From contig NC_043025.1 of NCBI RefSeq assembly GCF_006345805.1, forward strand, positions 15,562,001 to 15,626,000: 64,000 nt of DNA, in the 5' to 3' direction. Shown piece by piece: positions 1-12,584 of this stretch. Below the pieces are notes generated by a model. The model was not told the origin of the DNA. It saw nothing but the letters and a program-made list of their open reading frames with translations, and searched no databases. A program made the position numbers and the translations under genes. The DNA comes from Octopus sinensis (lineage: Eukaryota). Positions within the stretch are counted from its first letter, which is position 1, and each line of letters begins with the position of its first letter.

Positions 1-190
1 AAAACACAACAACGCAAGGACATGGAACAAATATAGTATTATTGGACACTCAGGAAGGAAGGGAAAAAGGAGGGTTTAGTGTTTCGAGTGGAGCTCTTCG
101 TCGGAAACAAAGGAGAAGGAAAGATCCCGAGAAGGGACGACAGAGGAAAAAAAAATCGACAACAGTACACACGAGGTCACATTTTACATA
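1..190 (-). mobile_element. Penelope-like element terminal (pseudo-LTR) fragment, family A
   Basis: Homologous to 29243-29450 and 52785-52864; carries a minimal hammerhead motif and abuts a (CA)n/(TA)n run. Confidence 0.6.
74..108 (-). ncRNA. Degenerate minimal type I hammerhead ribozyme motif
   Basis: Minus strand reads GTTT-CCGACGA-A-GAG-CTCCA-CTC-GAAAC-ACT-AAAC; stem I GTTT/AAAC; core mutated. Confidence 0.55.
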
Positions 191-678
191 CACACACACA
201 CACACGCATACAGTTTTGAACATGCTGTGATTACCTTACATTCTTTTGTTGATTAAATGTACAGGTAGGCCTTAACATCTAAGCCAGCAAAACCTAACGA
301 CCCTCTCCATCCCTCACACACACACAAAGACACAAAGGGTGTCTCGTTAACCTTTTCAGACCCATATTTCCCTCTGACGAATCTACTTTCTGCGTATTTC
401 AATTAATTTTCAAAGTAATTTAGATTTTGGAGGAATGAGTCTGTGCAAGCCTGGTCGTGTACTCAGGTTTGTTTTCTAACCATGTGGTTCTAAGTTCAGT
501 CCTAGAGCACAGTAGCCTGGACAAGGGTCTTCTACAAGAGGCCCACACTGACTGAAACCTTGAGAGTGTATGTGATGAACAGAAATTCAAAGAAGCCACA
601 CCTGCATATGTGCCCACCACACAAGAGGAGTGGCGAAAAGTTCATGGCTTTGAGTAAAAGAAAATACAGGAGGATCAG

Positions 679-889
679 TTACTCTTTTACTTGTTTCAGT
701 CATTTGACTGTGGCCGTGCTGGAGCACCACCTTTTGTGGAGCAAATCGACCCCAGTACTTATTCTTTGTAAGCCAAGTACTTATTCTATCAGTCTCTTTT
801 GCCGAACTGCTAAGTTACAGGGACGTAAACACACCAGCATTGGTTGTCAAGTGATGTTGGGGGGGACAAACACAGACACACAAACATAT

Positions 890-930
<41 letters not shown>

Positions 931-1089
931 TACGACAGGCTTCTTTCAGTTTCCGTCTACCAAATCCACTCACAAGGCTTCGGTTAGCCTGAGGCTATAG
1001 CAGAAGACACTTGCCCAAGGTTCCATGCAGTGGGACTGAAACCGGAACCATGAGGTTTGTAAGCAAGCTACTTACCACACAGCTACTCT
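679..1089 (-). mobile_element. tRNA-headed SINE, family 1 (dominant SINE of the window)
   Basis: Reverse complement of GTGGCTGTGTGGTAAGTAGC...GGTTCAGTCCC (A/B-box like), then CACCTTGGGCAAGTG core, internal microsatellite, and GAAACAAGTAAAAGAG tail; more than 20 full or partial copies in the window. Confidence 0.9.
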
Positions 1090-1117
1090 GACACCAATTC
1101 AGACAGCCACTCCTATG

Positions 1118-1250
1118 CCTCTCAGATTCACACTTATTGCAGCGGTCTTTCAGGTTTCCTAAACCCTGTAAAAGAACTTGGAAGGTTTGGCCTCCAGCCA
1201 GGCCTTTCCTGATACCCTTAAAGCCAGGAACTTTTGAGCGCCCCCTCATA
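1118..1250 (-). mobile_element. Tc1/mariner remnant (TIR plus transposase C-terminus)
   Basis: Minus strand begins TA-TGAGGGGGCGCTCAAAAGTTCCTGGCTTT (mariner-type TIR) and encodes NLKDRCNKCE, resembling the mariner C-terminal KL..RW.KC motif. Confidence 0.55.
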
Positions 1251-2308
1251 TGTAACTTGAAACAACAAGTGGGGGCTGTTGATGAGAAGGACGTACAACT
1301 TGTAGAATGGCTGGAATTTGAACACGCAACACAATGAACCAAAACAAATACCACAGATATCAAATCCAATTTTCCTACAGTTTTGCAGGGCACATTGGGC
1401 AAGTGCTATCCATAGCTCTGGGCCAACAAAACTCTTGACAGTGGATTTGGTGGACAGAAACTGAAAGAAGCCCATAGTGTGTGTGTGTGTGTGTGTGTTT
1501 ATGTCTTTGTGCATGTATATGTTCCCCACCACTGCTTGACAGTCAGTGTTGGTCTGTTTACATCCATGTAACTTAGCAGTTCAGCAAAAGTGACCAATAG
1601 AATAAATATCATGCGCAAAAAAAAAAGACAAGGGCTGATTTGTTCGACTTAAACCCTTCAAGGCAGGGCCCCAGCATGGCCACAGTCCAATGAGTGAAAC
1701 CATTATTAAATGGAGGTGTTGACGTGACAGAAGGCAGTGCTCCAGCATGATCTCAAATGAAAGCAGTAAAATAAATGGATGTTTACAAGAATTTGTGGAA
1801 TGTTGGAAATAGACAGAATTTCTTTGAGTTCTGCTCTAGATTCTTGCAGGAATTATAAACCAAAAAGATAAAGTAAAGCACACTTGGTTGACTTGTATCT
1901 TCTCTCTCCTGGGACTTGAACTTGGAATACTGGGATAGAATGTTGCTAAAAATATTGACTTGTGTTGAATTAATTAACATACATATTCTTTGGTAGATCT
2001 GGGTGAAATATTTACCATCAGATGACCTTGTTATGGGGGGGGGTGATAGGGGAAAAGATAGATGACTAAATTATGATTTTACAAAACAGACTGTCCAAGA
2101 CAGTTCTTTTAGTATCAATCTGGTCAACAGAGCCCCTGGTTCTGTAATATAATGGGGCTCTTTTTAAAGTGATCTTAAAATGTTCCATTCCAGATCTTCG
2201 TCTTAACCCTTTTGATACCAAATCACCCAAAACTCCCCTGGTTCTTTGACACAAACTTCCTGTTTTAAAATGATCTAAATTAAATCTTTCCATCAAAATA
2301 TTCCTAAC

Positions 2309-2714
2309 AGGAATGGCTGTGTGGTAAGTAGCTTGTATACCAACCACATGGTTCCGGGTTCAGTCCCACTGCGTGGCACCTTGGGCAAGTGTCTTCTACT
2401 GTAGCCTTGGACCGACCAATGCCTTGTGAGTGGATTTGGTAGACGGAAACTGAAAGAAGCCTATCGTGTATATGTATATATATATGTATGTGTGTGTATG
2501 TGTTTGTGTGTCTGTGTTTGTCCCCCCACCATTGCTTGACAACCGATGGTGGTGTGTCTACATCCCCATAACTTAGCGGTTCAGCAAAAGAGACCAATAG
2601 AATAAGTACTAGGCTTACAAAGAATAAGTCCTGGGGTCGATTTGCTTGACTAAAAGGTGGTGCTCCAGCATGGCCGCAGTCAAATGACTGAGACAAGTAA
2701 AAGAGTAGAGAGTA
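2309..2714 (+). mobile_element. SINE family 1, full length
   Basis: Complete head-core-microsatellite-tail; interrupts a TTAACCCTTTTGATAC-type element. Confidence 0.9.
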
Positions 2715-2901
2715 ACACCAGATTAATTAATAGTAATGAAGTTATTTTACTGACTTCTTCATTACATTCTCTATAAACTTAAATAAAAGCAATGTATTTC
2801 AACAGAAATATCCTAGTTCTTTGATTCGGCTTCCAGATCTTTCCATCATGTTTCTTTTTACCTTTTTGATACCAACCCATCTGGGACTCACTCTGATTCA
2901 T

Positions 2902-3470
2902 CACCATCATCATTTAACGTCCGCTTTCCATGCTAGCATGGGTTGGACGGTTCGACCGGGGTCTGGCTATCCATGGAGGCTGCACCAGGCTCCAGTCTGA
3001 TTTGGCAGTGTTTCTACAGCTGGATGCCCTTCCTAACAACAACCACTCCGTGAGTGTAGTGGGTGCTTTTTATGTGCCACAGCAGGCTGGCAAACATCCA
3101 TGATCAGTTGGTGCTTTTACGTGTCACCGACACGGATGCCAGTCAGGCGACGCTAGTATCTGCCACATTCAGACGGTGCTTTTTTACGTGTCACCGGTAC
3201 GGGTGTCTTAACTACAATTTCCATTTGAATTTTTATTTTGATGTTGACGTACTTGACTCAATAGGTCTCCTTAAGAACAGCGGGTCACTCTACAATCCAA
3301 GGTCAGCACAGCAGGCTGTCCTGCAAGCCATGAACTCACTTCATTTGTCGGGTCTTCGAAGTCACAGCATATCTCCAGAGGTCTCGGTCTTTTGTCATAG
3401 CCTCTGCGAGGCTCAAAGTACGAAGGTCATGCTTGACCACCTCGTCCCATCACAAACTATGGTACAAACT
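2902..3470 (-). mobile_element. (GAT)n-tailed retroposon, family 3 (RTE 3' UTR-derived)
   Basis: CATCATCATTTAACGTCCGCTTTCCATGCTAGCATGGGTTGG...CTGGATGCCCTTCCTAA; about 14 copies in the window. Confidence 0.8.
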
Positions 3471-3499
3471 TTTCATCTTAAAATTTTTTCCATAAAAAT

Positions 3500-3860
3500 T
3501 CCACCAGCTTAATTATAACAAAGTTATTTTTACCAAATTCTCCATTATTCTCAAAATAAATTGAAACAAAGACAGAAACCTCCCAGTCATATGATTCAGC
3601 TTCCGGAACTTTCCATTATGTTTGTCTTAACTCTTTTGATACTAACCCATCTGAGACCGATTCTGGTTCTATAGTACAAACATTTTTTTTTAAAGTGATC
3701 TAAATTAAAATATCCCAACAAAATTTCCTGTCAAGTTAATTTACGTTCCAAACACCAACTTCACAACGGCAAAGGTATTTTAGTAAATTCTTGATTATTT
3801 TCAAAATAACCGAAAGAAAGGTAGCGTATTTCAAGAGAAATATAAGAATAAATACGAGAA
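3500..3860 (+). mobile_element. MITE-like family with TTAACCCTTT(T)GATAC / GTAACGAAAGGGTTAA ends, decayed copies
   Basis: Related to 2195-2310, 2715-2895, 17925-18217 (reverse) and 41750-41983. Confidence 0.55.
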
Positions 3861-4579
3861 CCTAAATTATGAACCAATTAAGTCTGCAAGGAATAACTGA
3901 TAACATTTATTTTACTCTTTTACTTGTTTCAGTCATTTGAATGTGGCCATGCTGGAGCACCACCTTTAATCGAACAAATTGACCCCAGGACTTATTCTTT
4001 GTAAGCCCAGTACTTATTCTATCGGTCTCTTTTGCCGAACCGCTAAGTGACGGGGACATAAACACACCAGCATCGGTTGTCAAGCGATATTGGGGGACAA
4101 ACACAGACACACAAACACACACACGCATATATATATATACATATATACGACGGGCTTCTTAGATATATTCACCGTCCCATACCACCTCACCTTTTATGGT
4201 TTGTGCAGGTGTGTGTGTGTGGAAATACACATACACACACACACACATTAGGGTTTTGCAGTTTCTATCTACAAAATTTCAATTATAAGGCCCTGATCCA
4301 CCTGAGGATAGAGCAGCAAGTGCTTACCCAAAATGCCACACAGTAGGACTTGATCCCAGAACCATGTGGTTGAGAATCAAATATCTTAACCACCCTTGCT
4401 TGCAACTGATTATTCATATAATAATGGAATGTGTGACTAATTAGAAGAGATTACTGTGAGCTGTGTCAATGTACATTAATATCTATACATGCATGTATGT
4501 GTGAATATGATTGGGCATGTTTATAGGTGTGTGTGTGTGTGTATATATATATATTATCATTCATATATGTAGGTGGGGG

Positions 4580-4621
<42 letters not shown>

Positions 4622-5182
4622 GAATCACAAATCCATGGAAGAGTAGGTTTTAGTTGAAAACAGACAAAATTAAAAGCAGTGACTGGAAGCCTACCTCACC
4701 AGGTTGTTAACCAACCAAGAAGTGTGTGTGTGTGTGTGTGTGTTTACATGTCTGTGTGTATTTGTGTTTACATGTGTGTGCGTGAGAGAGGGACAGTTAT
4801 TCATGCATGCCAAGACACACAAGGTTGCAAGGTCAGTAGAACTAAGCACCTGACAAAAAGCAGGAGAGGAGGTCCATCAGCACTGAATCACCTACAACAA
4901 AAATGTGTCCCAACCACGACCACCCTGTCTTTTTTTGTACAGACCTGTGGGACCAGGTTTGAGGAAACTGACTGCTGTTTCTAGCAACTTCAGAAATGAC
5001 AACATCGTGGCTATAGAGTCTAGGATCAGAAATTTTTGTGCACCCTACCAGACAACCAACAAGTCCTCTATCTTTATTCTTCCTGTTAACTTGATCATTA
5101 CTTCTATTCTGTGGCCCCTGCACTACCAGACATCCCCTACTCCTGGCCCCACTGCCCCACCCATTCTTACCCACCTTGTATC

Positions 5183-5411
5183 TATTTCTTTACTACCTAC
5201 AAGGGGCTAAACACAGAGGACAAACAAGGTCAGACAAACAGATTAAGTTGATTATATCGACCCCAGTGCATAACTGGTACTTATTTAATCGACCCCGAAA
5301 GGATGAAAGCCAAAGTCGACCTCGGCGGAATTTGAACTCAGAACGTAGCAGCAGACGAAATACCGCTAAGAATTTCGTCCGGCGTGCTAACGATTCTGCC
5401 AGCTCGCTGCC
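5183..5411 (-). mobile_element. tRNA-headed SINE, family 2, with 19-bp target-site duplication
   Basis: TTCTTACCCACCTTGTATC occurs at 5164-5182 and 5412-5430; B-box-like GAGTTCAAATTCC on the minus strand. Confidence 0.9.
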
Positions 5412-5694
5412 TTCTTACCCACCTTGTATCATGAAGGTTCCCACTGACACGGCGTCCCCTTTTTCTTTTTATTGCTCTACCCAGTTGTCCCCACCTTCTC
5501 TTCTAAAATGTGAGTAGTTGTGTAACCCCTCTACAGCAACAAACCTGTTCTGCTCTGGTCCTTTCCCTCATACTTTACTCCACTCATTCTCCTACCCTAA
5601 AGCCCCTACGCCCTCCACTCTGTGTTCCAGAGTCTTGCAAGCCACATGGTGACTTCAAGTTCTGGTGGCACAAACACAGTCCCTGATGCACCCT

Positions 5695-5922
5695 TTAACC
5701 CTTTAGTAAGTTAAACCGGCCATATCCAGCCAAAATATTTAATCTGTTTTATGATCAAACTGACCAGATCCAGGCCCTCACACCTACCCTACAATGTCAT
5801 TCTACATTAAGTAATTACACCATCAAGATCTTGAAGATATGAGATAATGCAGGATTAATTCAAATCAATGGGAATCAATAGGGATTATGTTTGATTGAAT
5901 AATCTGAACGCTAAAGGGTTAA
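5695..5922. mobile_element. piggyBac-type MITE
   Basis: TTAA-CCCTTTAG...CTAAAGGG-TTAA; sisters at 17041-17270, 28072-28300 and 54586-54813. Confidence 0.8.
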
Positions 5923-6067
5923 AGTGGTTGACATTGAGAAAGGCATTCAGCTGAGAAAACATGTCAAACAGATGCAGCAGCAGTCCTTGGGCTCCACCAC
6001 ATCCCGTCAAAGCTTTCAACTTATGCCCCAGCATGGAACATCAGAGTTTTATTTATATATATATATG

Positions 6068-6485
6068 TAGCAAGAGTGGCTGTGTGGTAAGTAGCTTGTT
6101 TACCAACCACATGGTGCTGGGTTCAGTCCCACTGCATAGCACCTTGGGCAAGTGTCTTCTGCTATAGCCTTGGGCCGACCAAAGCCTTGTGAGTGGATTT
6201 GGTAGACGGAAACTGAAAGAAGCCCGTCGTATATATGTATATATATATATATATGCGTGTATGTTTGTGTGTCTGTGTTTGTCCCCCTAGCATTGCTTGA
6301 CAACCGATGCTGGTGTGTTTACGTCTCTGTCACTTAGCGGTTCGGCAAAAGTGTTCAATAGAAGAAGTACTAGGCTTACAAAGAATAAGTCCCGGGGTCG
6401 AGTTGCTCGATTAAAAGGCAGTGCTCCAGCATGGCCGCAATCAAATGACTGAAACAAGTAAAAGAGAGTAAAAGAAAAGAGAGTA
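6068..6485 (+). mobile_element. SINE family 1, full length
   Basis: Matches 2309-2714 and 20731-21145. Confidence 0.9.
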
Positions 6486-6488
6486 TAC

Positions 6489-6525
<37 letters not shown>

Positions 6526-6543
6526 ACACACACACACACACAA

Positions 6544-6790
6544 ACAATTGCAGTGTAGAAGGTGTTTATAAGCTATTTAAAAACACACAAAAGCAGTTAG
6601 GTTGACTTCAACATTTAAATTTAATTTGTCAAAATATTTTCGTCGATTTGAGACTTCGACCTGTTCACTGACAAAATTATGTGCTGCATCTGTGTGTTTT
6701 TAAATGGCTTATAAGCACCTTCCACGCTGCAATTGTTTTCGTTCCAGCACAAGATCTCAGATCAAGTCACTTGCTATGCAAGTACATCTG
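6544..6790 (-). mobile_element. Penelope-like terminal fragment, family B, with 46-bp inverted repeat
   Basis: Arms 6544-6589 and 6691-6736 (4 mismatches) enclose a hammerhead-like motif; partial sister at about 47765-47920. Confidence 0.5.
6625..6675 (-). ncRNA. Hammerhead-like motif with variant core
   Basis: TTTGTCA-GTGAACAG-GTCGA-AGTCTCAAA-TCGAC-GAAA-ATATTT-TGACAAA; 7-bp stem I, 5-bp stem II, palindromic helix III. Confidence 0.45.
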
Positions 6791-6836
<46 letters not shown>

Positions 6837-7506
6837 ATATATAAAACTAAGGAAATTTTCTTACAACAGTTAGTTGTGAACTTAGTTTTGGTCTGGTTGG
6901 CATCCTAACTACACTACCTCATGTTCCTGAGATTCATATCTACATCTTTATCTGTATATTTTACCTTCCCTAAGATGTTACTAATTGATCTGAGAACTTT
7001 TATATTATTGGAAAACCTAAATAAAATCAGCTGAAGATTACTCGGCATCTTAAATCTGCTGTAATATTTACAGCTTTTAATAAAATGTTGTAGTATGAAA
7101 CAATTGTACTAAATTACCAGATTCATTCTTGTTGCTTATTTTTGAGTATATATATATGACACACACATATATATATATACAAACATATACACACTTACAT
7201 ATATGCGCACAGACACACACACATACACACACACAGAGACCAATTATTACATTAATCTGATGGATTACTCTATATTTTTGTAGAGGATAAACTTAATATT
7301 CTTAAAACAGAATGTTATTGACAATGACTGAAATTTCAGCCAGTTGAGCCATCGTCAGTTCACAGTCCGACAAAGGCCGAGCTGGAGCTGACCGAAGCTT
7401 TGAAGTCATTTTCATCAACATTCCTTTCTCTTTTACTTACTTTGTAAGCAACTATAAGAAGCAGCAGCAGCAGCAGCAATTGACTCAATGGAAATACCTA
7501 CATGCA

Positions 7507-8001
7507 TGACTGAGGCCATGCTGGAGCAACGCTTTTAGTTGAACAAATCGACCCAGGACTTTTTCTTTGTAAGCTTAGTACTTATTCAACCAGTTTCTTT
7601 TGTCAAACTGCTAAGTTACAGCAGGGGAGGGGGACAAACAGGCACACAAACATATATATATATACATACATATATATATACCTACATATACATACATACA
7701 TACATATACATACATACATACATATATATACACACACACATACATATACACACACACATACATACATACATATACATATACACACACACACACACAGACA
7801 TACATACATACATACTTACATACATATATATATGTATATATATATATGACGGGCTTCTTTCAGTTTCCATCTACCAAATCCACTCACAAGGCTTTGGTCG
7901 GCCCGAGGCTATAGTAGAAAACCCAAGGTGCCATGCAGTGAGACTGAACCTGGAACCATGGTTGGTAAACAAGCTACTTACCACACAACCACTCCTGCAC
8001 C
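7507..8001 (-). mobile_element. SINE family 1 with expanded internal (TACA)n
   Basis: Family 1 tail and head flank about 200 bp of microsatellite. Confidence 0.85.
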
Positions 8002-8006
8002 AATAA

Positions 8007-8037
<31 letters not shown>

Positions 8038-9228
8038 TATGTTTTCTTTTCTATATGTATGCATATATAAGTACATATAAATTTGTAGTTGCATTTATAT
8101 ATACGAATATGTACACACACACACACACACAAATGTGTGTGCGTGTATGACTCAAAGGTCGTACAGAAAACGTGCAGCCCTGGAATCCCCTTGTTCCTTC
8201 TTCCAATTAAAAACCCTTATATTCTAGGCAGGTGTTGGTCATCAAAACTCTGTCTCGTTCCTGCTGTGATAAAGGTTTTGATTTTGTGCCATTTTAAAAT
8301 TTAAGACCTTCAATACGGAGCGGGAGGAGGGGTGAGGGGTGAGGGGGTGGACGTGTCAAAGCAGGTTGGTATTTTAGGGGTTAAAACAACTCTCTTCAGG
8401 TCATGTTATTAAGGAGCTTGTTGGGGAATTGTCAAGTCAGTTTGTTCCCATTCAGCCTGTGTTAGGAGTGGTGGTGGTGGTGGCACCAGAGGTGGTGAAG
8501 GAAGAGAGTTTATGTGAGTAGAGTTATTATACGCAATATATGCACAATGCATGCGTGCGTGCGTGTGTGCATATAGTGCAAACTGCATACCATGCATAGT
8601 GGGAATTGCTGCAGCTGAGACGGCAGAGGAAGGAGACGGCAGAGGAAGGAATAGAAAAGGGATGGGTGGGGAGGAATGGGGGAATGAAGGATTAGGAAGG
8701 AGACGAAAAAGAATAAGCAATGAAAGGAGGGGGGAGAAATTGGGGGTGGGAGAACATGAAAACGTGAATGAGTGAGGAGAATGAAAAACAGAGTGGGGGG
8801 GGGGTAGAAAAAGAGTGAAGTAGGAAGAGGAGGAAGGAGAAAGAGAGGAGAGAGAAAAGGAAAGAAGGACATGGTTAAAGGAAGACATACGAAAGTGAAA
8901 GTAGAAGAGAAAATGGAAGAGAGACAAACATATTATATTATATATATATAAAGAAACAAGAAATAAAATCAATATATATACATATATAGAAAAAGGGAAA
9001 AAAAAAAGACTCAGAAGACAGAATTGAATGGAACAAAAAGTTGTCTGGGAAATGTGAAGATGGAAAGAATTTGCGAAGAATGTCAAGTGGATTGCAGAGA
9101 AAGAGAGAGAGAAGGAGAGAAATGAAGGGAATATGGTGAGGGTGTGTTTTCTGGTGAAAGAATCTTAATATCATACAATGCATGCACAAACACACAGACA
9201 GACACGTGTGTGTGTGTGTGTGTGTGTG

Positions 9229-9260
<32 letters not shown>

Positions 9261-9584
9261 CAGTACAATAGTAATGAGAGATGGAGAAGGCCAGATCCTA
9301 ATTACTAATTATGATGGTGGTGTAACAAGACACTTGACGGTAATAGTGTATGTGAGCATGTATACGAGTGTGTGTATATATATATATTTATTTTTTTATT
9401 CTTTTACTTGTTTCAGTCATTTGACTGCAGCCATGCTGGAGCACCGCCTTTAGTCAAATAAATCGACCCCAGGACATACTTTGTAAGCCTAGTACTTATT
9501 CTATCGGTCTCTTTTGCTGAACCACTAAGTTATGGTGACATAAACACACCAACACCAGTTGTGAAGTGATGGTGAGGGGGACAA

Positions 9585-9626
<42 letters not shown>

Positions 9627-10008
9627 GACGGGTAAGGTATTTGAGGACATCCCTTTTTGGGGTCATTGCTGCATCTTTTGCTAACTCTGTATAATCTTTG
9701 TTTCAGAAAATAATAATGGCAGACACTCAGCTTACTAAAGAAATGGAGAAGTGTGCTGTTATTGTGGTCATAAAGATATGTAGGTATGTGTGTGTGTATG
9801 TGCATGTGTTTAAAAATATATATATATATATATATATAGGTGCAGGCGTGGCTGTGTGATAAGAAGCTTGCTTTTCAACAACATAGTTGCAGGTTCAGTT
9901 CCACTGCTTGGCAACTTGTGCAAGTGTCTGCTACTATAGCGTCGGGCAGACAAAAACCTTATGAGCGGGTTTGGGAGACGGAAGCTAAAAGACGCTTGTC
10001 ATATATAC

Positions 10009-10048
<40 letters not shown>

Positions 10049-10894
10049 CATCATCATCATCATCGTTTAACGTCCGCTTTCCATGCTAGCATGGGTTGGA
10101 CGATTTTGACTGAGGGCTGGCAAGCCAGATGGCTGCACCAGGCTCCAATCTTGATCTGGCAGAGTTTCTACAGCTGGATGCCCTTCCTAACACCAATATA
10201 TATATATATATATATAATTATTAATATTTGAGGGAATAAAATCCAAAACTTACAAGGAAAAAAAATTCAATTTAGAAATACTAAATCAAATTTCACACAA
10301 TATAATATATATATAAAAATTTAGAAAAAAACCACCTTTTATCAATTCAAAATGAACAATTAAATTACACCATCTAGAAAATTACATATAATAGAAATAT
10401 TAAAATTAACAATAAAATGTCAAAGATTAAGTAAATTGCAAATATATATATATGTGTGTGTGTCTGTATTTGTCCCCTCACCATTGCTTGACAACCGGTG
10501 TTGGTGTGTTTACATCCCCATAACTTAGCAGTTTGGCAAAAGAACCTGATTGAAGAAGTACCAGGCTTAAAAAAATAAGTACTGGAGTTGATTCATTCAG
10601 TTAAAACTTCAAAGCGTGCTCCAGTATGGCAGCAGTCTAATGACTGAAACGGGTAAAAGATATATGTAAGAGTGAGTGTTTGTTCTACCATTGCTTGACA
10701 ACTGGTGTTGGTTTGTTTATGACCCCATAACTTAGCAGTCGAGCAAAAGACGACAATGGAATAAATGCCAGATATAAAACAAAAATTATCAGTCAATTTG
10801 TTCAATTAAAGACAGTGCCCCAGCATGGCCACAACCTAATGAGCGAAACAAAAATATAAAGCAGAATGCCGCAAGGTAATCCATTCAATGCTTC

Positions 10895-11230
10895 CATGAC
10901 TACCAGTCCAGCACCCTAGAGTAGAGAGGGAATTGATGTCTCGTAGCAAGTTTATTGAAAGCTGGGTGAATGTCGCAAGAATGGCCAGTATGAATGGACC
11001 AATTCTGAGGATACACCTGTGAAAAATTAAAAGGAAATATAAAAGGAGAAAGGGGCTCTCTACCCCCTCTTTTGACCAGGCTCTCATGGCTTTTATGGGT
11101 TTTTCCACGAGTAACCTTTCGAAGTGCCTCCCCCTATTGGGAGTTTTAATTGTTACTTATATTTCGTTGCCATCCTGCTTTTGTACACGGACATTTAAAC
11201 CCTTTGTAACTTTTGTCCTGTGTTTTGTCC
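10895..11230 (+). mobile_element. Possible Tx1/L1-clade LINE 3' fragment
   Basis: Frame PRVERELMSRSKFIESWVNVARMASMNGPILRIHL* followed by UTR-like sequence; clade assigned from recollection only. Confidence 0.4.
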
Positions 11231-11574
11231 CTTTAGGTTTTAATTGATTTTATTAGATCTTGTGGCCAATAGACGAATGAATTATTATTATTATTACGAT
11301 GATGATGATGATGATGTTGTATTTGAGGATGGTCATGTTGCCAGTTTAGCCAATAAAAACAAACGCACTCAGCCAGAGTTCTTTCATCACACTCCTGTGA
11401 CCTCATCAGTGGCCCTTTGCTTACTTATGTCTTTCCTTACTAATGATCAGCCATTTTGTTGTATTCCTGTTGTATGTTTCTTTATTTGCTAATATCTCCA
11501 TGCGTATCTATGTTTAACAAGTGTGTGCGTGGGAAGGTGCCTGTATTATCAGTATCCCCTGTTTGTACATGTTT

Positions 11575-11790
11575 CCTCTTTCTACTAGAAGCACAAGGCC
11601 TCAAATTTTGGGGGAGGGGAATAGTCAATTACATTGAACCCCATTAGTTCACTGGTACTTAATTTATCGACCCTGAAATAATGAGAGGCAAAGTTGACCT
11701 CAGCAGAATTCGAACTCAGAATATAGCGACAGGCGAAATACTGCTAAGCATTTCGCCAGGTGTGCTAACGATTTTGCCAGTTTGCCACCT
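11575..11790 (-). mobile_element. SINE family 2
   Basis: Homologous to 5183-5411. Confidence 0.8.
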
Positions 11791-12331
11791 TAATTGATAA
11801 TGATGGACTCTCTTGCTGAGGATGACATATGAAAGTTCAGTTTTTGTCAAATGACCTGAACAAATGATTTGTGTCACCCATCATCTCACTCTCTCCATCA
11901 AATTGACATTGTCTGAAAAGGTGTGACAGGTGTGCCACGCATCAGGTGTGGAAGCGATCACAGAGCAATGTGAGGCGAAATGTTTTGCTCAAGAACATGA
12001 CACACCACCCAGTCTAGGAATTGAAATCCTGACCTAGTAATTCTGAATGCAACATCCTAACCACTAAGCCATCATCATCATCATCATTTAACATCTGCTT
12101 TCCATGCTAGCATGGATTGGATGGTTTGACTGAGGTCTGGCGAACCAGACTCCAATCTGATCTGGCAGAGTTTCTACAGCTGGATGACCTCCCTAATGCC
12201 AACCACTCCAAGATGTAGTGGGTGCTTTTACATGCCACTGGCACGAGGACCAGTTTGGTGGTCCTGGCAACGGCAAACGCCCAAATGGTGCTTTTTACGT
12301 GCCGTCCCATAATAATAATAATAATAATAAT

Positions 12332-12530
12332 AGACATATACAATCCTCTTATGTTCCAAATAGCCCAGCTATGGAAAATGAAGAATGTGAAGATAGAGCC
12401 AATTATTGTTGGGTTCTTGGGAATAATATCAGAAGGAATCAAGAGGAATATAAAGGAAATTGGAATAGAGGGCCCAGTAGAACTGTCACAAAAGGTTTGC
12501 TTCCTTGGCATGGCCAAAATAATTAGGGAA
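12332..12530 (+). pseudogene. R4/Dong-clade LINE C-terminal (restriction-like endonuclease) fragment
   Basis: IAQLWKMKNVKIEPIIVGFLGIISEGIKRNIKEIGIEGPVELSQKVCFLGMAKIIR matches the RLE C-terminal pattern; starts right after (AAT)7. Confidence 0.7.
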
Positions 12531-12584
12531 ATGAATTGGTTGGTTGGAAAAAACAGCAAGCTGCTACGCATGCAAGACATGTGG

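Noticed and set aside
8409-9086. 225-aa Phe/Ser/Leu-rich ORF; G4-like purine tracts here and at 15300-16100
   Set aside because: Low-complexity purine/pyrimidine strand bias with no recognisable domain.
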